The notes under the pieces were generated by a model that was not told the DNA's origin, did not search any database, and worked only from the letters and a program-made list of their open reading frames with translations. DNA of 58,174 bases from a virus (Duplodnaviria; Caudoviricetes). Both the position numbers and the translations under genes were made by a program. Positions 55,736-58,174 of the stretch are shown piece by piece; positions within the stretch are counted from its first letter, which is position 1, and each line of letters starts with the position of its first letter. The stretch lies in the IMG/VR virus record IMGVR_UViG_3300032309_000708, positions 1-58,174 of that record; one strand, given 5' to 3'.

Positions 55736-56607
55736 GCATCGTCGTCAGACGCCCAACTATTGATGACATCTGCAAAGTCTTTTTTCGCCGCAGGTTCCGC
55801 GTTCTTCTTAGCCGTGCGTTTAGTCGGCTCAGCAATCGCCTCTTCTTTAGCTGCAGCCGTGGGTGCAGATTTAGCCAAAGTTTTTTGCTTTGCACCATCA
55901 GTAGTCGCAGGGGTTTGCGTAATTGCCGATTTCGCTGCAGCGGAGTTACCCTTTTCAGTCGCAATTTCCCACTCCTCTCTTGTTAAGAAACGAATTGGTT
56001 TGAACGTTAACTTAGGTGTATCAGAGTCTGAGTCAAGACGCATTTCGGTAACGAGAGTATTAATGCTCTTACCTTGTGAACCAACATACTTAGCATACTG
56101 TTGGAACGGCATCTTATCTGAGTCACCACGACCAAAGATAGAAGTAGATGGTAATGTTAACTGGTATACATCACCTTTAATATCGTCAGCCAATACTACT
56201 GCCAAGCGTTGTTGGAATCGGCAAGCACGTGAGTCACCTTGACCAGAACCTTTAATGTTCTGTGGGCATGCTTCGCAAGTTGCAGATTGTGGTTTTTCCA
56301 AACTAGCGTCAGGCTCTTTACCATCATTAGACCAGCAATCAGGCGCAGCTGTTTCACCGGCTACATATTTACCTGCGTAGAATTGACGTGCGATATCACG
56401 ACCACCGTTAACGATAACAACATTCATTGAACGGTTTTCATTCTTAGCGATCTCTTCACCTGCAACCATCAAACGAAATACGCTACCACGAATCGATATA
56501 CGTTTTGTTGAAGTATTACCTGCAAGTGCTTTAGTAAGCTCGTCAAGCTCAACGTCTTTTAAATAGTCAGGTAAATTGTTTGATTGGAATAGAGTAATAT
56601 CACTCAT
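55732..56607 (-). CDS. putative single-stranded DNA-binding protein
   Basis: KRISIRG, PDCWS.DG, C..CPQN..GS..ACR, A/K linker and acidic tail with W; between helicase and primase. Confidence 0.6.
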   Translation of the reverse strand: MSDITLFQSNNLPDYLKDVELDELTKALAGNTSTKRISIRGSVFRLMVAGEEIAKNENRSMNVVIVNGGRDIARQFYAGKYVAGETAAPDCWSNDGKEPDASLEKPQSATCEACPQNIKGSGQGDSRACRFQQRLAVVLADDIKGDVYQLTLPSTSIFGRGDSDKMPFQQYAKYVGSQGKSINTLVTEMRLDSDSDTPKLTFKPIRFLTREEWEIATEKGNSAAAKSAITQTPATTDGAKQKTLAKSAPTAAAKEEAIAEPTKRTAKKNAEPAAKKDFADVINSWASDDDA

Positions 56608-56622
56608 TTGTATTTCTCCTAG

Positions 56623-57012
56623 TTACTTACGTTTAATTGTAAATTCATATTCACTATCTACATTTAGTCCGGGTGGGTGTAAGTCAGGGTTACCCTCCAT
56701 AAACTCTTTCATGTTAGTTTGATGAATACGTTTTTCTAACAACCCCATTGCATCATTGTCCTGCATAAAACCATAAAAGCTTTCCCAGTCGTTAGTCCAA
56801 TAACGATTCTTGACTGTACGGTACGCTGTGTAATTGGGTGTTGAAAAAGTTGTTGCGCCGGTGTCTTTAGATAACTCAAGTAGCTTATGCTTTAGCACTT
56901 TCATTTGCTCTTCAAGTTCGGCTGTGCTTTCTTTATATGCACGATACAGCTCTTCTTTTTTGTCACGTATTTTTACATACGTTTCAACAATCTTATCTAT
57001 GGGTACATCCAT
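56623..57012 (-). CDS. replication-module protein
   Basis: Y.KIRD, DW..FY.F, LLEKRI.Q and PPGLN motifs; AGGAGG RBS. Confidence 0.7.
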   Translation of the reverse strand: MDVPIDKIVETYVKIRDKKEELYRAYKESTAELEEQMKVLKHKLLELSKDTGATTFSTPNYTAYRTVKNRYWTNDWESFYGFMQDNDAMGLLEKRIHQTNMKEFMEGNPDLHPPGLNVDSEYEFTIKRK

Positions 57013-57032
57013 ACTTCCTCCTTTCGTGTTGG

Positions 57033-57144
57033 TTGTTGGTGGCCGGTGCTGATCTCCGACTTTCTGAGTTTGTCATGGATCGCCCACTTTGGATTCACTT
57101 CAGCTAACCCTTGCTTGCGTATCAGCCTACGCATTCACCAACAA
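57033..57144 (-). ncRNA. candidate tRNA-like / kissing-loop structured RNA
   Basis: 9-bp closing stem TTGTTGGTG/CACCAACAA; hairpins TGCGTA-GGCTGA-TACGCA and GTCGG-AGATCAGCA-CCGGC with complementary loops; own promoter. Confidence 0.7.
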
Positions 57145-57148
57145 ATTT

Positions 57149-57176
57149 ATTCTACTCCTATTCTTTACAATGTCAA
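57149..57176 (-). promoter_or_regulatory. sigma70-like promoter
   Basis: TTGACA-16-TAGAAT. Confidence 0.75.
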
Positions 57177-58174
57177 GTGATTTCATTAATTTCGTTCTTA
57201 TATAAATCAATTATTTTCTTGTGGATTTCTAACTTACCTTGCAACATCGCATACAACTTTGTCTCTACTGGACTGCCTTCTATATGCACAACAGTTACAG
57301 GATTCTTTTGTCCTTGTCTATGCACACGTGCGTTTGCTTGTAAGTAGAACTCTATGGATGTTACTGGAGCGTACCAGATGACTACGTTTGCTGCGGTTAG
57401 AGTCACACCATGCGCTGCAGCTTGCGGTTGTATTAATAAAACCTTTGGGTCTTTCTCTTCTTGAAACTTTTTAAATACTTCTGTGCGTTTAGTAACAGGT
57501 ACTTCCCCGTTAATAATTTCGCTAGTAATACCATTCTTGTTTAAGAAATCTTTTAATAAAGCTAACGTATGTGTGAATGGCACAAAGATAAGAACTTTAG
57601 CTGTAGCTTCTTCAATAACTTCTAGTATTACGTTGAGTCGGTTAGATACATCAAACTCAATAACATTTTTGTTATCAGAGTACACAGCACCGCATGATAT
57701 CTGTAGTAGTTTTGTTAGGTTAGCAGCAGCATTTACTGCCGACACATCTTCACCAACAGCACTAATCAAAAAGTCTTTCTTTAGTTGATCGTAATATTTC
57801 TTTTGCTGTGGGGTCAACGGTGCTATGCGGGATACGTGTGTTACTTCAGGAAGATCAAGGCATTCTTCTTTTGTGTATCTGATAGCGGGTTGCAGCATAG
57901 CGTGTACTATTTTGTCTGCGTTAGGTTTAGGTATCCATTTGAATCTGGTTAGTTGATACATGACGCTATCACGGTACGCTCCGAACAGATTCGGCGCTTT
58001 TTCTGGCACGCACATCTTGGCTAAACCATAAGCATCAAGCGGGGATTGTGCAGCAGGTGTACCCGTCATCATCCACAACCAAGTCTTTGGTGTAACTATT
58101 TCACGTAATGCTTTAAAGCGTTTTGTCTTTGCGTTCTTGTATGCGTTGGCTTCATCAACAATGATTAAATCAAA
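57173..58174 (-). CDS. SNF2-family helicase (5' part outside the window)
   Basis: frame open to the window end: IIVDEAN Walker B, MTGTP, KLLQI, HGVTLT.A, QANARVHRQGQ. Confidence 0.9.
   Translation of the reverse strand, partial: FDLIIVDEANAYKNAKTKRFKALREIVTPKTWLWMMTGTPAAQSPLDAYGLAKMCVPEKAPNLFGAYRDSVMYQLTRFKWIPKPNADKIVHAMLQPAIRYTKEECLDLPEVTHVSRIAPLTPQQKKYYDQLKKDFLISAVGEDVSAVNAAANLTKLLQISCGAVYSDNKNVIEFDVSNRLNVILEVIEEATAKVLIFVPFTHTLALLKDFLNKNGITSEIINGEVPVTKRTEVFKKFQEEKDPKVLLIQPQAAAHGVTLTAANVVIWYAPVTSIEFYLQANARVHRQGQKNPVTVVHIEGSPVETKLYAMLQGKLEIHKKIIDLYKNEINEIT

Noticed and set aside
57033-57144. Canonical tRNA gene
   Set aside because: No TTCRA T-loop, no standard anticodon arm and wrong arm lengths; kept as an ncRNA candidate.
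624-57788. Numerous antisense ORFs of 60-200 aa in the ORF track
   Set aside because: They overlap well-supported genes on the opposite strand, lack RBSs and have Ser/Phe/Leu-rich shadow composition.

Overview
Most of the genome of a tailed dsDNA phage with a podovirus-like layout (adaptor, nozzle and ejection proteins; no tape-measure or sheath gene recognised). A proteobacterial host is inferred from sigma70-type promoters and an IHF-consensus site. Layout: (i) 1-8.2 kb, leftward early/middle operon (VRR-NUC, DUF3150-like, VWA/metallopeptidase with MoxR-type AAA, two C4 zinc fingers, small orphans); (ii) 8.2-10.7 kb, control region with iteron-like repeats, two duplicated promoter-gene-terminator cassettes and C-tracts before terS; (iii) 10.8-52.4 kb, rightward morphogenesis genes (terminase, portal, GroES, scaffold, capsid, small basic proteins, tail and fibres, 2OG-Fe(II) oxygenase cluster, lysis, nozzle, ejection proteins, a 3004-aa polyvalent protein); (iv) 52.4-58.2 kb, leftward replication genes (primase-DUF927, HTH, SSB-like, SNF2 helicase cut by the window end). 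No DNA polymerase, integrase or RNA polymerase is visible; both ends cut genes, so they may lie outside. Most striking observations: two small +1-frame genes with their own Shine-Dalgarno sites nested in linkers of the giant ejection protein beside its enzymatic modules (GHKL ATPase, two HExxH peptidases); eight copies of a 27-bp palindrome GACA-N3-TTAC-N5-GTAA-N3-TGTC seen only in the early region; a double-pseudoknot 5' leader at 20.1 kb; and a promoter-driven tRNA-like kissing-loop RNA at 57.1 kb. All family calls are by motif recognition; no searches were run and motif scans were by eye.
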